From Dubosiella newyorkensis (GTDB lineage: Bacteria > Bacillota_I > Bacilli_A > Erysipelotrichales > Erysipelotrichaceae), in assembly GCF_001945605.1 (NCBI RefSeq), contig NZ_MPKA01000058.1, forward strand, positions 39,945 to 71,944: a stretch of DNA of 32,000 nucleotides. The letters are read 5' to 3'. The position numbers and the translations under genes were made by a program. Positions 17,316 through 27,485 of the stretch are shown piece after piece. The notes beneath the pieces are model-generated. The model saw only the letters and a list, made by a program, of their open reading frames with translations. It did no database searches and had not been told where the DNA came from. Position 1 is the stretch's first letter; each line of letters begins with the position of its first letter.

Positions 17316-18129
17316 CAGCCACTTCGTTCATGATCGAAAGCGTATGTTCTTGATTTTTAAGATCATACGTTTCATATTGATGGACATTGCGAATGAGATC
17401 AAGCATCGGAAGTTTCGCGTAGATCTTCGTATGACTCTCTTGTTCGAATTGATCGAGTTCCTCTTGATCATAGAATTTGATCTGTTCATGACAATATGGA
17501 CATTCTAAGTAAGCCATATTTTCAATGACCCCTAAAACACGAACATGCATTTCATCGCACATTTTGATTGCTTTTGTAACGATCATGCTGACCATTGGCT
17601 GTGGAGTTGAAACCATCAAAACCGCTTCAACTGGCAACTCCTGCAAAATTGTCAAAGCGACATCCCCCGTTCCAGGAGGCATATCGATCAATAAGTAATC
17701 AAGATCTTCCCACAAAACATCTGTATAAAACTGCTTGACAACATTTCCTACGATCGGCCCTCTCCAGATGACAGGATCATTTTCATTTTCTAGCATATAG
17801 TTGAGGGAAACGATCTTGATCCCATCCACATCGACAGGGATCACTTCATTTTCTCTTGTCGCATAGGCTTGCTCGTTTTGAGCATCCATCAAGCGAGGAA
17901 TCGAAGGACCCGTAATATCGGCATCCATGATCCCGACTTTATAGCCCTTCTTCGAAAGGGCGCGGGCAAGAAGAACGGTGATAGTCGATTTGCCGACGCC
18001 CCCCTTTCCTGAAAGTACCGCCACAATGTGTTTGATCTTGTTTTTTGGATTCGGCTGGACCGAACACATTGAAGCGTCCTTTGAACAATTCCCTTGACTA
18101 GGACATCCTTCACATGACATATTATTCAT
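17290..18129 (-). CDS. mrp: Mrp/NBP35/ApbC family Fe-S cluster carrier ATPase
   Basis: Deviant Walker A VLSGKGGVGKST, a CPYC pair, and a Cys-rich N-terminus CEGCPSQGNC...C. Confidence 0.9.
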   Translation of the reverse strand: MNNMSCEGCPSQGNCSKDASMCSVQPNPKNKIKHIVAVLSGKGGVGKSTITVLLARALSKKGYKVGIMDADITGPSIPRLMDAQNEQAYATRENEVIPVDVDGIKIVSLNYMLENENDPVIWRGPIVGNVVKQFYTDVLWEDLDYLLIDMPPGTGDVALTILQELPVEAVLMVSTPQPMVSMIVTKAIKMCDEMHVRVLGVIENMAYLECPYCHEQIKFYDQEELDQFEQESHTKIYAKLPMLDLIRNVHQYETYDLKNQEHTLSIMNEVADEIISDLS

Positions 18130-19034
18130 TCTCCTTCCTTGTCTAAGTCTGGAAAATAGGAATCATACGCACGACTTAGACGCTCGTTTTGAATATGCGT
18201 ATAGATTTGTGTCGTTCGAATATCGCTATGCCCTAAAAGCTCCTGAACACTTCTGAGATCCGCGTTTCCATCTAGAAGATGGCTCGCGAACGAATGCCGG
18301 AAACTATGAGCCGAAATACGAGGATCAAAACCGAGCTCGATCACTTTGCGCTTGATCATAGAATGAACAAATTGCCTAGTGATCGCTTTCCCTTTCGGAT
18401 TCACCAATAAGAGTGAGCTATTTGACGTATTCCATATCGAACGGCATTGCTTTAAATATAAACCAAGCTGCTCCTTGCAAGCAAGAGCCATCGGAACGAT
18501 CCTCTCCTTGTCTCCTTTTCCATGCTTGACCAATACGATCCTTTCCTGCAGACGGATATCGTTGACCTGCAGCGCACAAAGCTCTGATACACGCAATCCG
18601 CAGCTATACAACATAAGAAGAATCGTTTTCTCATAGATCCCCTCCAAATCAGAAGGAAAAGAATCGAGAAGCATTTTGATCTGCTCCACGCTTAAATAGA
18701 CCGGCAAATGCTTCGAAGCAGAAAAGCCTTTATAGCTCCGCGTAGGATTTGGCAAAGAAGCATCCTCCAAAGAAGCTTGTTTATGAAATGAGCGGATCGA
18801 ACTGAGCGCTCTCGAACAGCTCGCTTTGGCATGATTTCGCTGGTACTGATCAAAAAACGCGTCCAGATCCAAGATCGAGATCTCTTCGATCTTCGTCTTT
18901 CCTCGCTCTAAAAGAAAAGAAGTATACGCTTGAAGATCGCTCATATACGCTTCGACTGTCTTGATCGATTTGTTTTCTACCGCTTTTAAGTAGATTTCAA
19001 AGCTTTCTAACGCTTCTTCGATTCTCATATCCAC
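18126..19034 (-). CDS. xerD: Tyrosine site-specific recombinase, XerC/XerD family
   Basis: 302 aa with a SAM-like N-domain. The catalytic residues are read in RVSELCAL and HSFRHSFASHLL...LLGHSDIRTTQIYTH. The XerD versus XerC assignment is not certain. Confidence 0.8.
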   Translation of the reverse strand: MDMRIEEALESFEIYLKAVENKSIKTVEAYMSDLQAYTSFLLERGKTKIEEISILDLDAFFDQYQRNHAKASCSRALSSIRSFHKQASLEDASLPNPTRSYKGFSASKHLPVYLSVEQIKMLLDSFPSDLEGIYEKTILLMLYSCGLRVSELCALQVNDIRLQERIVLVKHGKGDKERIVPMALACKEQLGLYLKQCRSIWNTSNSSLLLVNPKGKAITRQFVHSMIKRKVIELGFDPRISAHSFRHSFASHLLDGNADLRSVQELLGHSDIRTTQIYTHIQNERLSRAYDSYFPDLDKEGE

Positions 19035-19711
19035 ACGCTTTCTTGAACGATCGCCTTCGTATTTCCCTCTTTGATGAATTCCACAAGCAGCGCTTTGGCT
19101 TGATGATCCCGCGAATCAAAAGCGAGCTGCATCCGTTTTAAAGAAAGCGAATGCTTCATCCCTAAGGACAAGATCTCTTGGATCCGATCCGGACGATGGA
19201 CCAAATAAAACCGGCCCTTTGATTTCAAAAGACGGCTCGCATGAAAGATCCAGTCTTCCAGTCCTCCATTAAACTCGAAGCGGCCAAGCGTTCTATGGTT
19301 GATCTTCGTATTCGGATGCAGCTCCTTCATTTCAAAAAAAGGAGGATTGCTGATGACGACATCCACAAGAGCATGCTCGACTTCTTGTATCGGAGATAGG
19401 ATCAGCTCTACGGGAGCTTCGATCCAGCGATCCGCATTGATTTGAGCGATCTGTAAAGGTTGTGCAAGGCGATCCACCCCGATCAAACGCTTCGGCTTGA
19501 ATTGATCGGCATATACTAAAAGCACGCCATTATTACAGCCAATCTCGAGCACGCTTTCTCCTTTTTTGATCTGCATGAACTGAGCCAATAGTCGAGTATC
19601 TGTATTGAAACGAAAATGCGCCGGGTGCTGATACACAAGAATATTTTTAGAAATGAAATAATCAAGGGCGAGCTCGACACCATCAACAACTGGCCTTTCA
19701 TTTGGGTTCAT
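19025..19711 (-). CDS. Class I SAM-dependent methyltransferase with NPPF motif (TrmN6/YfiC-like N6-adenine type)
   Basis: SAM-binding motif VLEIGCNNG and catalytic motif VISNPPFF. Confidence 0.7.
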   Translation of the reverse strand: MNPNERPVVDGVELALDYFISKNILVYQHPAHFRFNTDTRLLAQFMQIKKGESVLEIGCNNGVLLVYADQFKPKRLIGVDRLAQPLQIAQINADRWIEAPVELILSPIQEVEHALVDVVISNPPFFEMKELHPNTKINHRTLGRFEFNGGLEDWIFHASRLLKSKGRFYLVHRPDRIQEILSLGMKHSLSLKRMQLAFDSRDHQAKALLVEFIKEGNTKAIVQESVWI

Positions 19712-20891
19712 CGCTTCTATCCACTCCTTTTTCTTTTCGCTTCAAAAGATCGGAAGCGCTCATAAATACATGGCCTGGCATCGCTTTATTGAGTTGGATC
19801 AATATATCCTGCGTTGTGTTGATCGGCTTTTCAAATATCGTCGGCTGCTCTACGATAGCCGATTCATTTTTTAAAGAGCCAACGCTAATGCCAATGTGCC
19901 GATAGCCGACCTCCTCGAAATTCTCTTCGACAAGGGCTTGGATCGTTTCATAAATGAGAGCGAAATCATTTGTGTCTTGTTTTAAGGTGATCGAGCGCAT
20001 TTGATTGTGAAACTCTGTATCTCGAAGAACAAGCGAGATCAAACGCCCTTTTTGATGCTTCCGCTTCATCCGAAGCGAAAGCTCTTGGGCTAACTCACGT
20101 GCACGCATTAGCACTTCTTCTTCTGTAAAAAGATCTACGGGATATGTCTTGGAGAGCGATACGCTTTTATGGCTTGTTGAAAAATTCAGTTTCGCGCTCG
20201 ATAGACCTCGCGCCTTTTGGATCAAAGAGTATCCATTTTTTCCTAAAAGACGCATGATCTTGTTTTCATTTTCAGGATCCGCGATATCTTTGATCAGATG
20301 AATTCCATTTTTTTCTAAAAGCGGCACACTTTTTTTTCCGATCCCGATCATTTTATCGATCGTAAGCGGCCAAAGCTTGTTTGGGATCTCGGATTTCCGG
20401 ATCACCGTGATCCCATTGGGCTTTCTCATATCGCTTGCCATCTTGGCTAAAAATCGATTGGGGGCGACGCCGATCGAGCAGGTCAGACCCGTTTCTTCTT
20501 TGAGTCCTTGTTGAATCTGGACCGCCATATCCAAAGGTCGTTTATATTTTTTGATTTCTTCGCTCACATCCAAAAAACATTCATCGATCGAAACCGGTTC
20601 AAGTTTATCGCTGTAACGACGCAGGTAATTAAAAAACGCATTAGAAAGCGAACGATAATACGGATAGTCGCCAGGAATGATGATCAACTCGGGACACTTT
20701 TCTTTCGCCATGAAGACAGGCATAGCCGAATGGACTCCATATTCTCTTGCGATATAATTGGCTGTCGATAAAACACCTCTCGAAGATAGCGAGCCGATCG
20801 CGATCGGTTTTCCTTTATACTCAGGATGCCGGATCTCTTCCGCGCTGGCAAAAAAAGCGTTCAGATCGATATGAAAAAGCACTTTAGCCAT
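19698..20891 (-). CDS. dinB: DNA polymerase IV (Y-family)
   Basis: HIDLNAFFASAE, SIDECFLDV, and a little-finger C-terminus. Confidence 0.9.
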   Translation of the reverse strand: MAKVLFHIDLNAFFASAEEIRHPEYKGKPIAIGSLSSRGVLSTANYIAREYGVHSAMPVFMAKEKCPELIIIPGDYPYYRSLSNAFFNYLRRYSDKLEPVSIDECFLDVSEEIKKYKRPLDMAVQIQQGLKEETGLTCSIGVAPNRFLAKMASDMRKPNGITVIRKSEIPNKLWPLTIDKMIGIGKKSVPLLEKNGIHLIKDIADPENENKIMRLLGKNGYSLIQKARGLSSAKLNFSTSHKSVSLSKTYPVDLFTEEEVLMRARELAQELSLRMKRKHQKGRLISLVLRDTEFHNQMRSITLKQDTNDFALIYETIQALVEENFEEVGYRHIGISVGSLKNESAIVEQPTIFEKPINTTQDILIQLNKAMPGHVFMSASDLLKRKEKGVDRSDEPK

Positions 20892-22527
20892 TTTGAACCG
20901 ACCTTCTAAGCTCCTTCATACTTTGAATCCCGCTTTCACTCGCCTCTCCATTGGCCATTGTGGCGAGCTCGATCAAGCGCTCGTTTTCATCGATCGCTTT
21001 GATCTGGGTCGTGGTTTTTTCATCTTCCTGCACTTTTTTTACAAGATAGTGGGTATCGGCCCAAACTGCGACCGAAGCCAAATGGGTTATACATAAAACT
21101 TGATGTTCTTTCGCGATCGTGTGCATTTTATTTCCCATAGCCAACGCGACTTTTCCAGAAACACCTGTGTCGATCTCATCGAAAATGATCGTGTCGATTC
21201 CTTCGCGGGTCTGGAAGACCGTTTTTAGTGCAAGCATGAGACGCGACAATTCTCCGCCGCTCGCGGATTGTTTTAGAGTGGAAAAAGGTTGTCCAGGATT
21301 CATAGAGACCATGAAATGGATCGCGTCGATCCCATTTTTTGAAGCTTTTTTCTCTTCTCGATCGATTCTGAATCGCGCGTTGGAAAGCATAAGATCTTGG
21401 CAATGCGCTTCGATTTCATGGCTTAGCTTCTCGAACACGCTTTGTCTTTTTTGAGATAAGGCTTGCGCGAGAATATCGTATTGTTTTTTGGCCTGCGTAT
21501 AGTTGGCTTCTAGTTTTTCGAACAGATCCTGCCGATGGATGATCCGGTCGATCTTTTCTTCGAATTCGACTTCCTTTTCTTTGAACGTTCGATAGCTGCC
21601 TCCATATTTTCGAAACAGCTTTTTGATCTTGTATTCGCGTTCTTGCAGCTGATCGAGATCATCCCCTTCGTGAAGGATGTCCTCTTTCTTTTCGCTTAAT
21701 TGTTCGCTTAGAGCTTGAAGCTGATAATAATGATTTTGTAGCTGATCGGCTTGCTCATCAAAAGAGCCGTTTTTATGAAGCTGTTTGTAACTCGAATATA
21801 AGCCATCTAAAATCCCATTGTCTTTCGTTAGGGTATAGATCGTTTCAGAGAGATCCTCAATGTTCTGCTGGCTTTTTGAGAGTTCTTTGATCTTGTCTTG
21901 AAGCGTTTCGAGCTCCCCTTCTTCGATCGCCGCGTTTTGAATCTCATTGAGCGCGTTGGTCAAGTATTCCAGCTCATCATCGGAATACGTTTCATTTTTC
22001 GCTTTTTCAAGTTCTTTTTCATGACGATGCATTACTTGATACGCTTGCGCTGTTTCTTCCAGCTCCTTTTTTGTACCGGCGTATTGATCCAGCATTTCGA
22101 GTTGAACATCTTCATCCATGAGCTGGATCGTATCCATTTGAGAGTGAATATCGATCAGTTTAGAAACAACTTTTTTTAAAAAAGAGAGGGTGGCGACTTG
22201 CTGATTGATCCTTACGCTCCCTTTTCCTTGAGCGCTCATGCTTCTTTGAATGATCACTAAGCCATCTTCGACATCATATCCGTTTTCTTCGAGCAGAGTC
22301 AGCACTTCTTGATTATCGGTCTCGATCACCATCTGCAGTGTCGCTTTTTCTTTATTTTGACGAACGACAGATTGGGTCATCCTTCCACCTGCCAAGTATG
22401 TGATCGCGTCGATCAAAAGCGATTTACCAGCTCCTGTTTCTCCAGTGATCACAGTCATATCGTTTTTAAAATCCACTAAAGCATGATCGAATAAAATATA
22501 ATCTTTGACCATGAGTTGTTCTATCAT
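20884..22527 (-). CDS. recN: DNA repair protein RecN
   Basis: The start is placed at the ATG at 22527 (MIEQLMVKDYILFD), with AGAGGTG upstream. It has Walker A GETGAGKS, a long coiled coil, the signature SGGELSR, and Walker B IIFDEID. Confidence 0.95.
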   Translation of the reverse strand: MIEQLMVKDYILFDHALVDFKNDMTVITGETGAGKSLLIDAITYLAGGRMTQSVVRQNKEKATLQMVIETDNQEVLTLLEENGYDVEDGLVIIQRSMSAQGKGSVRINQQVATLSFLKKVVSKLIDIHSQMDTIQLMDEDVQLEMLDQYAGTKKELEETAQAYQVMHRHEKELEKAKNETYSDDELEYLTNALNEIQNAAIEEGELETLQDKIKELSKSQQNIEDLSETIYTLTKDNGILDGLYSSYKQLHKNGSFDEQADQLQNHYYQLQALSEQLSEKKEDILHEGDDLDQLQEREYKIKKLFRKYGGSYRTFKEKEVEFEEKIDRIIHRQDLFEKLEANYTQAKKQYDILAQALSQKRQSVFEKLSHEIEAHCQDLMLSNARFRIDREEKKASKNGIDAIHFMVSMNPGQPFSTLKQSASGGELSRLMLALKTVFQTREGIDTIIFDEIDTGVSGKVALAMGNKMHTIAKEHQVLCITHLASVAVWADTHYLVKKVQEDEKTTTQIKAIDENERLIELATMANGEASESGIQSMKELRRSVQNG

Positions 22528-22531
22528 TGTC

Positions 22532-23257
22532 TCACCTCTTTCCTTTAGCATAAAGAAGCGCTTCTAAATTGCCGCTTCTTCCTTCGATCGGCGAATCGAT
22601 CGCCTTTACGGTTATGAAGTATTGCTTTAAATATTGAATTGAATCTTGAATGATCTTTTCTCTCAGCTTTTTATTTTTGAGCACGCCTTTTTTATTGAGA
22701 GCGGCTGGTCCGCATTCAAATTGCGGTTTGATCAAGATCACCATCGTCTCTAGATGTGGCCAAGGAAGCGATAAAACGTGATCTAAGATCGTTTTGGAAG
22801 AGATAAAGCTGACATCCATACAAATAAAATCGATCGACTCCTCAAAATCGGATAGCTGGATCTCTCTTGCGTTGCAGCCCTCTTTCTTGATCAAGCGAGA
22901 ATCTTCTTCAAGACTTGGATCGAGCTGCAGATGCCCCACATCCAAGGCGTAAACTTTTCGAGCGCCTTGTTCAAGACAAACTTGGCTAAATCCACCTGTG
23001 CTCGCTCCAATGTCCAATACACATTGATTCTTTAGGTCGATGTGAAAGTGGTGGATCGCCGCAAGCAGTTTATAGGCGGCTCGAGAAACGTATTGATGAA
23101 TTTCTTGATAGGTGATGCGATCTGTATCTTCGACTTGATAGGCGCATTTTGTGATTTTTTTACCGTTGACAAAGACGCGACCATCTTTGATCGCGTCTTG
23201 CGCTTTGGTTCGTGTTTTATAGTGATCGATCGCTGCTTGATCGAGGCGCATGCTCAT
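22532..23257 (-). CDS. tlyA: TlyA family rRNA (cytidine-2'-O)-methyltransferase
   Basis: The start is placed at the ATG at 23257 (AAGGAG 10 nt upstream). It has an S4 domain (RLDQAAI...VNGKK) and an FtsJ fold (LDIGASTGGFSQV). Confidence 0.85.
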   Translation of the reverse strand: MSMRLDQAAIDHYKTRTKAQDAIKDGRVFVNGKKITKCAYQVEDTDRITYQEIHQYVSRAAYKLLAAIHHFHIDLKNQCVLDIGASTGGFSQVCLEQGARKVYALDVGHLQLDPSLEEDSRLIKKEGCNAREIQLSDFEESIDFICMDVSFISSKTILDHVLSLPWPHLETMVILIKPQFECGPAALNKKGVLKNKKLREKIIQDSIQYLKQYFITVKAIDSPIEGRSGNLEALLYAKGKR

Positions 23258-25100
23258 AGTGTTCCAACTCCTTAAATACAGATTCCATGTCGATCCCTTC
23301 TTCTTTTCGAAGGATACGGATCGAACCATGATCTACAAAATGATCGCCGATCCCGATGATCTTGATCCGCTCGTCGTATTTACTCATGAATTCTAAGATC
23401 GCGCTAGAAAGACCGCCAGCCTTGATATCTGTTTCATAAATTATGATCGGCAGCTTCTCTTTGATCAGCGTATCGAGCAGCTTGGTATCGAGAGGCTTGA
23501 AGAACCGGGCGTTGACGACCATAAGGCCGATCGAGTTTTCTTTGGCCTTCTGGATAATCCGATCGACATCCGGCCCATATGTGATCAGGATCGTTTCTGG
23601 CATCCCTACGATATGGCATGTCCAGCTGCCGATCTTGATCCGTTCAAACTCTTCGTTTTTCTGATAAGGAATCGTTCCTCTTGGATATCGAATACAGAAT
23701 GGCGCGTTTGTCATGAAAGCCGTATATAATAAGTTCTGTGCTTCTTTGGCATCTTTTGGCTGCGATAAGATCAAGTTGGGAATGCTTCTTAAAAACGCGA
23801 TATCAAAGACACCTTGATGTGTCGCTCCATCATCGCCTACTAAACCTGCCCGGTCGATCCCGATCACGACCGGAAGATCCATACGCGCGACATCGTGATT
23901 GATCTGATCATACGCTCTTTGTAAAAAAGAAGAGTAGATCGATAAAAATGGATGCAGACCGCCTTGGGCCATACCAGCTGCCATCGTCATCGCATGTTCT
24001 TCCGCGATCCCGCAATCAAAAAAACGATCAGGGAATAAGCGTGCGAATTCGAGCAGCTTGCTGCCATTGGCCATGGCAGGAGTGATCGCGACGATTTCAG
24101 GGTGCTTGAACGCTAAACGAATGAGCGTTTTCGAGATCACTTCCGACCAGCTCAGTTCATCTGTGCATAGTTTGATCAAAGACTGTCCCGTTTTTGGATC
24201 GAAGGGCGAGACTCCATGCCATTTTCCTAGTTTATCTTGTTCTGCAAAAGGATATCCTTTCCCTTTTTTGGTTACGACATGAACGACGATCGGACCATCG
24301 TGCTCTTTGGCTGTTTCCAAAACCTTGATCAAAGCTTTTATATCATGCCCATCGACAGGTCCGAGATAATCGAGTCCAAATTCCTTGAATAATGGAGCTT
24401 TCACTAGGTTTTCTTTCAAAGAGTCGCGAATATGGGTCAATGAATTCAAAACGTTGAGCCCGGTCTTTGAATGGTTGAGATTTGTTTTTACATCTTTTTT
24501 TACTGTTCGATAAAGAGGCGAAGAACGTAAGTTCGTGATCCGCTTTTCAACGGCGCCATGGTTTTTAGAGATCGACATCGCGTTGTCGTTGAATATGATA
24601 ATCATTTTTTTATGGAGCGCTCCAATATCGTTGAGGGCTTCTAAAGCCATTCCACCTGTTAGAGCTCCATCTCCGATCACGCTGATGACTTCGTAATGTT
24701 CGCCTTTGAGATCGCGGGCGATCGCCATACCTAATCCTGCTGAAAGCGAAGTGGATGAGTGTCCCGCTTCCCAGCAATCGTGCTCGCTTTCTTTGCGTTT
24801 TTGAAAACCGGAAAGTCCATTCTTTTTCCGAAGCGTAGCGAACTTATGCGCTCTTCCTGTCAAGATCTTATGAACATAGCTTTGATGGCCGACATCAAAG
24901 ATCATTTTATCCGTAGGCGAGTCAAAGACATAATGCATCGCTAAAGTCAGTTCGACGATCCCGAGATTGCTTGATAGATGTCCGCCAGTCTGCGAGATCG
25001 ACCGGATAAGGAATTCGCGGATATCCGTCGCAAACTCTCTTAGTTCTTTGACAGACATTGATTTGATCTGTTCTGGTGAACGTATATCTTCTACCCGCAT
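23217..25100 (-). CDS. dxs: 1-deoxy-D-xylulose-5-phosphate synthase
   Basis: 627 aa with GGHLSSNLG, the TPP motif GDGALTGGMALEALN, and DRAGLVGDDGATHQG. The 3' end overlaps tlyA by 41 nt. Confidence 0.95.
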   Translation of the reverse strand: MRVEDIRSPEQIKSMSVKELREFATDIREFLIRSISQTGGHLSSNLGIVELTLAMHYVFDSPTDKMIFDVGHQSYVHKILTGRAHKFATLRKKNGLSGFQKRKESEHDCWEAGHSSTSLSAGLGMAIARDLKGEHYEVISVIGDGALTGGMALEALNDIGALHKKMIIIFNDNAMSISKNHGAVEKRITNLRSSPLYRTVKKDVKTNLNHSKTGLNVLNSLTHIRDSLKENLVKAPLFKEFGLDYLGPVDGHDIKALIKVLETAKEHDGPIVVHVVTKKGKGYPFAEQDKLGKWHGVSPFDPKTGQSLIKLCTDELSWSEVISKTLIRLAFKHPEIVAITPAMANGSKLLEFARLFPDRFFDCGIAEEHAMTMAAGMAQGGLHPFLSIYSSFLQRAYDQINHDVARMDLPVVIGIDRAGLVGDDGATHQGVFDIAFLRSIPNLILSQPKDAKEAQNLLYTAFMTNAPFCIRYPRGTIPYQKNEEFERIKIGSWTCHIVGMPETILITYGPDVDRIIQKAKENSIGLMVVNARFFKPLDTKLLDTLIKEKLPIIIYETDIKAGGLSSAILEFMSKYDERIKIIGIGDHFVDHGSIRILRKEEGIDMESVFKELEHYEHAPRSSSDRSL

Positions 25101-25113
25101 AAATTCCTCCTTT

Positions 25114-25953
25114 TCAATGGGTCCTAGTTTCTAAAGCGGCGATCAATTTTTTTAGCGCGCCAAAATCGCCATGCAGCTTTGAAAGAAGTTCATGGATCGA
25201 TTTTGTATAAGCTGCTTCAAGCTCTTTGGCTTTTTCTAGCGTAAGCAAAGAGACGACCGTCGCTTTTTCGTTTTCAGCATCGCTCAGCGATTTTCCCATA
25301 GATTCTTCATTGCTTGTCGCATCTAAAATATCGTCTTGGATCTGAAATTGAATCCCGATCGCTTCACCGAGCTCATTCATGATCTTGCGATCTTCTGGAT
25401 GGTTCGCGATCAAAGCGGCCGCGGCCAAGGGGAGCGCGATCAGCTTTCCTGTTTTGTATAAGTCGACCTCGATCAATTTTTCAAGAGTTGGATCGGGATC
25501 GCTTTCTTCTTGGATATCGAGGCATTGTCCATAGATCATTCCATCGCATCCTGCATATTGAGAAAGAGCCTGGATCAGCTCGACTTGAATAGAAGGATCT
25601 ACTTTGCTCAAGCTCGCGGTATAAAACGCTTTGGTCAATAACCCATCCCCTGCCAAAATCGCGCTCGCTTCAGAGAATTGTTTATGACACGTTGGTTTCC
25701 CTCGCCTTAGATCGTCATCATCCATGGCGGGAAGATCGTCGTGGATCAAAGAATAGGTGTGGATCATTTCGATCGCGGCCGCCATAGGATAGCCAAGTTT
25801 CGGGTCGATCCCATACCCTTCGAGTGCCAACAGCAAAAGTTGTGGACGCACCCGTTTTCCTCCTGCGAACAATGAATACTGCATCGCTTCCAATACCGTA
25901 GAAGGAATATCGTCTTGAAAGAGCGAATGCAAATAAGCATCAAAGCGATCCAT
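25114..25953 (-). CDS. ispA: (2E,6E)-farnesyl diphosphate synthase
   Basis: First Asp-rich motif LIHDDLPAMDDDDLRRG and second motif FQIQDDILD. Confidence 0.9.
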   Translation of the reverse strand: MDRFDAYLHSLFQDDIPSTVLEAMQYSLFAGGKRVRPQLLLLALEGYGIDPKLGYPMAAAIEMIHTYSLIHDDLPAMDDDDLRRGKPTCHKQFSEASAILAGDGLLTKAFYTASLSKVDPSIQVELIQALSQYAGCDGMIYGQCLDIQEESDPDPTLEKLIEVDLYKTGKLIALPLAAAALIANHPEDRKIMNELGEAIGIQFQIQDDILDATSNEESMGKSLSDAENEKATVVSLLTLEKAKELEAAYTKSIHELLSKLHGDFGALKKLIAALETRTH

Positions 25954-26152
25954 TATTTTCTCCTTCGTTGATGAGCAAGGTGTTCATCTTTGTCTCAAAG
26001 CTCTTGAGCTGTTCTTCGCATTGTTTGGAGAGCTTCAAGCCTTCTTCAAAAAGCTTCATCGCTTCTTCGAGTTCAAGTTTCGATGAATTGAGTTGATTGA
26101 CGATTTCATCTAACCGATCCATCGCTTCTTGAAATGTATATTGTTTAGACAT
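25940..26152 (-). CDS. xseB: Exodeoxyribonuclease VII small subunit
   Basis: 70 aa from the ATG at 26152 (MSKQYTFQEAMDRLDEIV...LEEAMKLFEEG), immediately downstream of xseA. Confidence 0.9.
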   Translation of the reverse strand: MSKQYTFQEAMDRLDEIVNQLNSSKLELEEAMKLFEEGLKLSKQCEEQLKSFETKMNTLLINEGENNGSL

Positions 26153-27485
26153 TGTTGTATTCCTTTCCAAAGACCTTTGCTTTCAGTTTACCATCACCCA
26201 TGAGAATATCAATCGTTTCATCTTCGTGTACATCTTGAACCGATAAAACGAGGCTTCCTTCTTTTTCGACGATCGAATACCCGCGGGCTAGCACTTTCAG
26301 CGGAGAAAAAGCATCCAAGAGCGCTTCCTTGCTGGAAAGGAGGTTTCTTTGGGTACGATCATAATCCTTCATCTGCGCTATGAGCTGCAGAACGGTTTGT
26401 TCTAGCGTTTGTTTTTTTAAGCGAATCGTATTCTGGGGCGAATATAAAAGAAGATTTTGCGCCAGGATCGTGAGCTGTTTGGCCCTCTGGTCCATGACTC
26501 TTTTAAGCGTATGATCTAAAAGCTGTAGAGCATGTGAAAGACGGATCTTTTTTTGTTCGACCCATTGAAGCGGATCTAAAAAAAAGGGATTCGATTGGAT
26601 ATTCACGAGATGCATCTGGGCGTTGGAAAGACGATCCTGCATTCGTTGGATCAAAATCGCTCTTTCTTGACTCAATCTGTTGAGCATATCGTATTGATCA
26701 AGAGTCACGAATTGAGCGGCCGCTGTAGGTGTAGCGACTCTTTGGTCGGAAGCAAGCTCGGCTAATGTCGTATCGACTTCATGGCCTGTTCCGCAAACGA
26801 TGTATGTTTTCAGTCCATAGATCGTTTTTACGAGTTCGACATCGTTAAAGCAAAAAAGATCTTCGAAGCTTCCGCCTCCTCGCACCAAAAGCAAAGCATC
26901 ATGTCCGTTTTGATCGGCTCTTTTCAAAGCCTGAATCAAGGAAGAGGGCGCATTGATGCCTTGCGTTAAGGCCGGATAGAGCGTCAGTTTAGCCATTGGC
27001 CATCGTTTTTGGATCGTAGAAAGCACATCTTGCAGAGCGGCGCCTTCTTTGGCGGTGATGATCGCTATATCGTTGATCCAGCTTGGTTTGGGTTTTTTAT
27101 GCGCAAGAGCGAAGTAGCCTTCTTGTTCGAGTTTTTGTTTTCGCGCTTCAAATTCTTGATAAAGCTTGCCGATCCCATGCATCCGGATCTCTTTGACGTA
27201 AAGCTGGAGCGAGCCTCTTGCTTCATAAATGTTGACATTGGCTAGAACCAAGATCTGCATGCCTTCTTCCAATGCGAAATTCATGCGCCCAACAGCGGAA
27301 GCGAACATCACGCAGCTCATTTCTCCGCCATGATCCTTCAGCGAAAAATAATAATGGCCGCTTCGATGTTTCGTCAGATTGCTGACTTCTCCGCGGATCC
27401 AGATTCCATCAAGTACGACCGTGCTGGTGACGATCTGTTTGATCCGGGTCAATAAGGCGGATACAGCGACGACTTTAATGCTCAT
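26145..27485 (-). CDS. xseA: Exodeoxyribonuclease VII large subunit
   Basis: 446 aa with an OB-fold N-terminus (WIRGEVSN...HYYFSLKD) and the catalytic core GRGGGS-like motif VRGGGSFEDL. Confidence 0.95.
   Translation of the reverse strand: MSIKVVAVSALLTRIKQIVTSTVVLDGIWIRGEVSNLTKHRSGHYYFSLKDHGGEMSCVMFASAVGRMNFALEEGMQILVLANVNIYEARGSLQLYVKEIRMHGIGKLYQEFEARKQKLEQEGYFALAHKKPKPSWINDIAIITAKEGAALQDVLSTIQKRWPMAKLTLYPALTQGINAPSSLIQALKRADQNGHDALLLVRGGGSFEDLFCFNDVELVKTIYGLKTYIVCGTGHEVDTTLAELASDQRVATPTAAAQFVTLDQYDMLNRLSQERAILIQRMQDRLSNAQMHLVNIQSNPFFLDPLQWVEQKKIRLSHALQLLDHTLKRVMDQRAKQLTILAQNLLLYSPQNTIRLKKQTLEQTVLQLIAQMKDYDRTQRNLLSSKEALLDAFSPLKVLARGYSIVEKEGSLVLSVQDVHEDETIDILMGDGKLKAKVFGKEYNNV

Noticed and set aside
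18126-19034. Tyrosine recombinase considered as the integrase of a mobile element or island
   Set aside because: It overlaps housekeeping genes on both sides by 4 and 10 nt within one operon. I saw no flanking direct repeats, tRNA target, or composition shift. It is consistent with chromosomal XerC/XerD.
20884-23329. LexA (Cheo) box upstream of recN or dinB
   Set aside because: I found no CGAACnnnnGTTCG-like sequence by eye in the 3' ends of tlyA or recN. This is reported as an absence within a finding, not as a feature.
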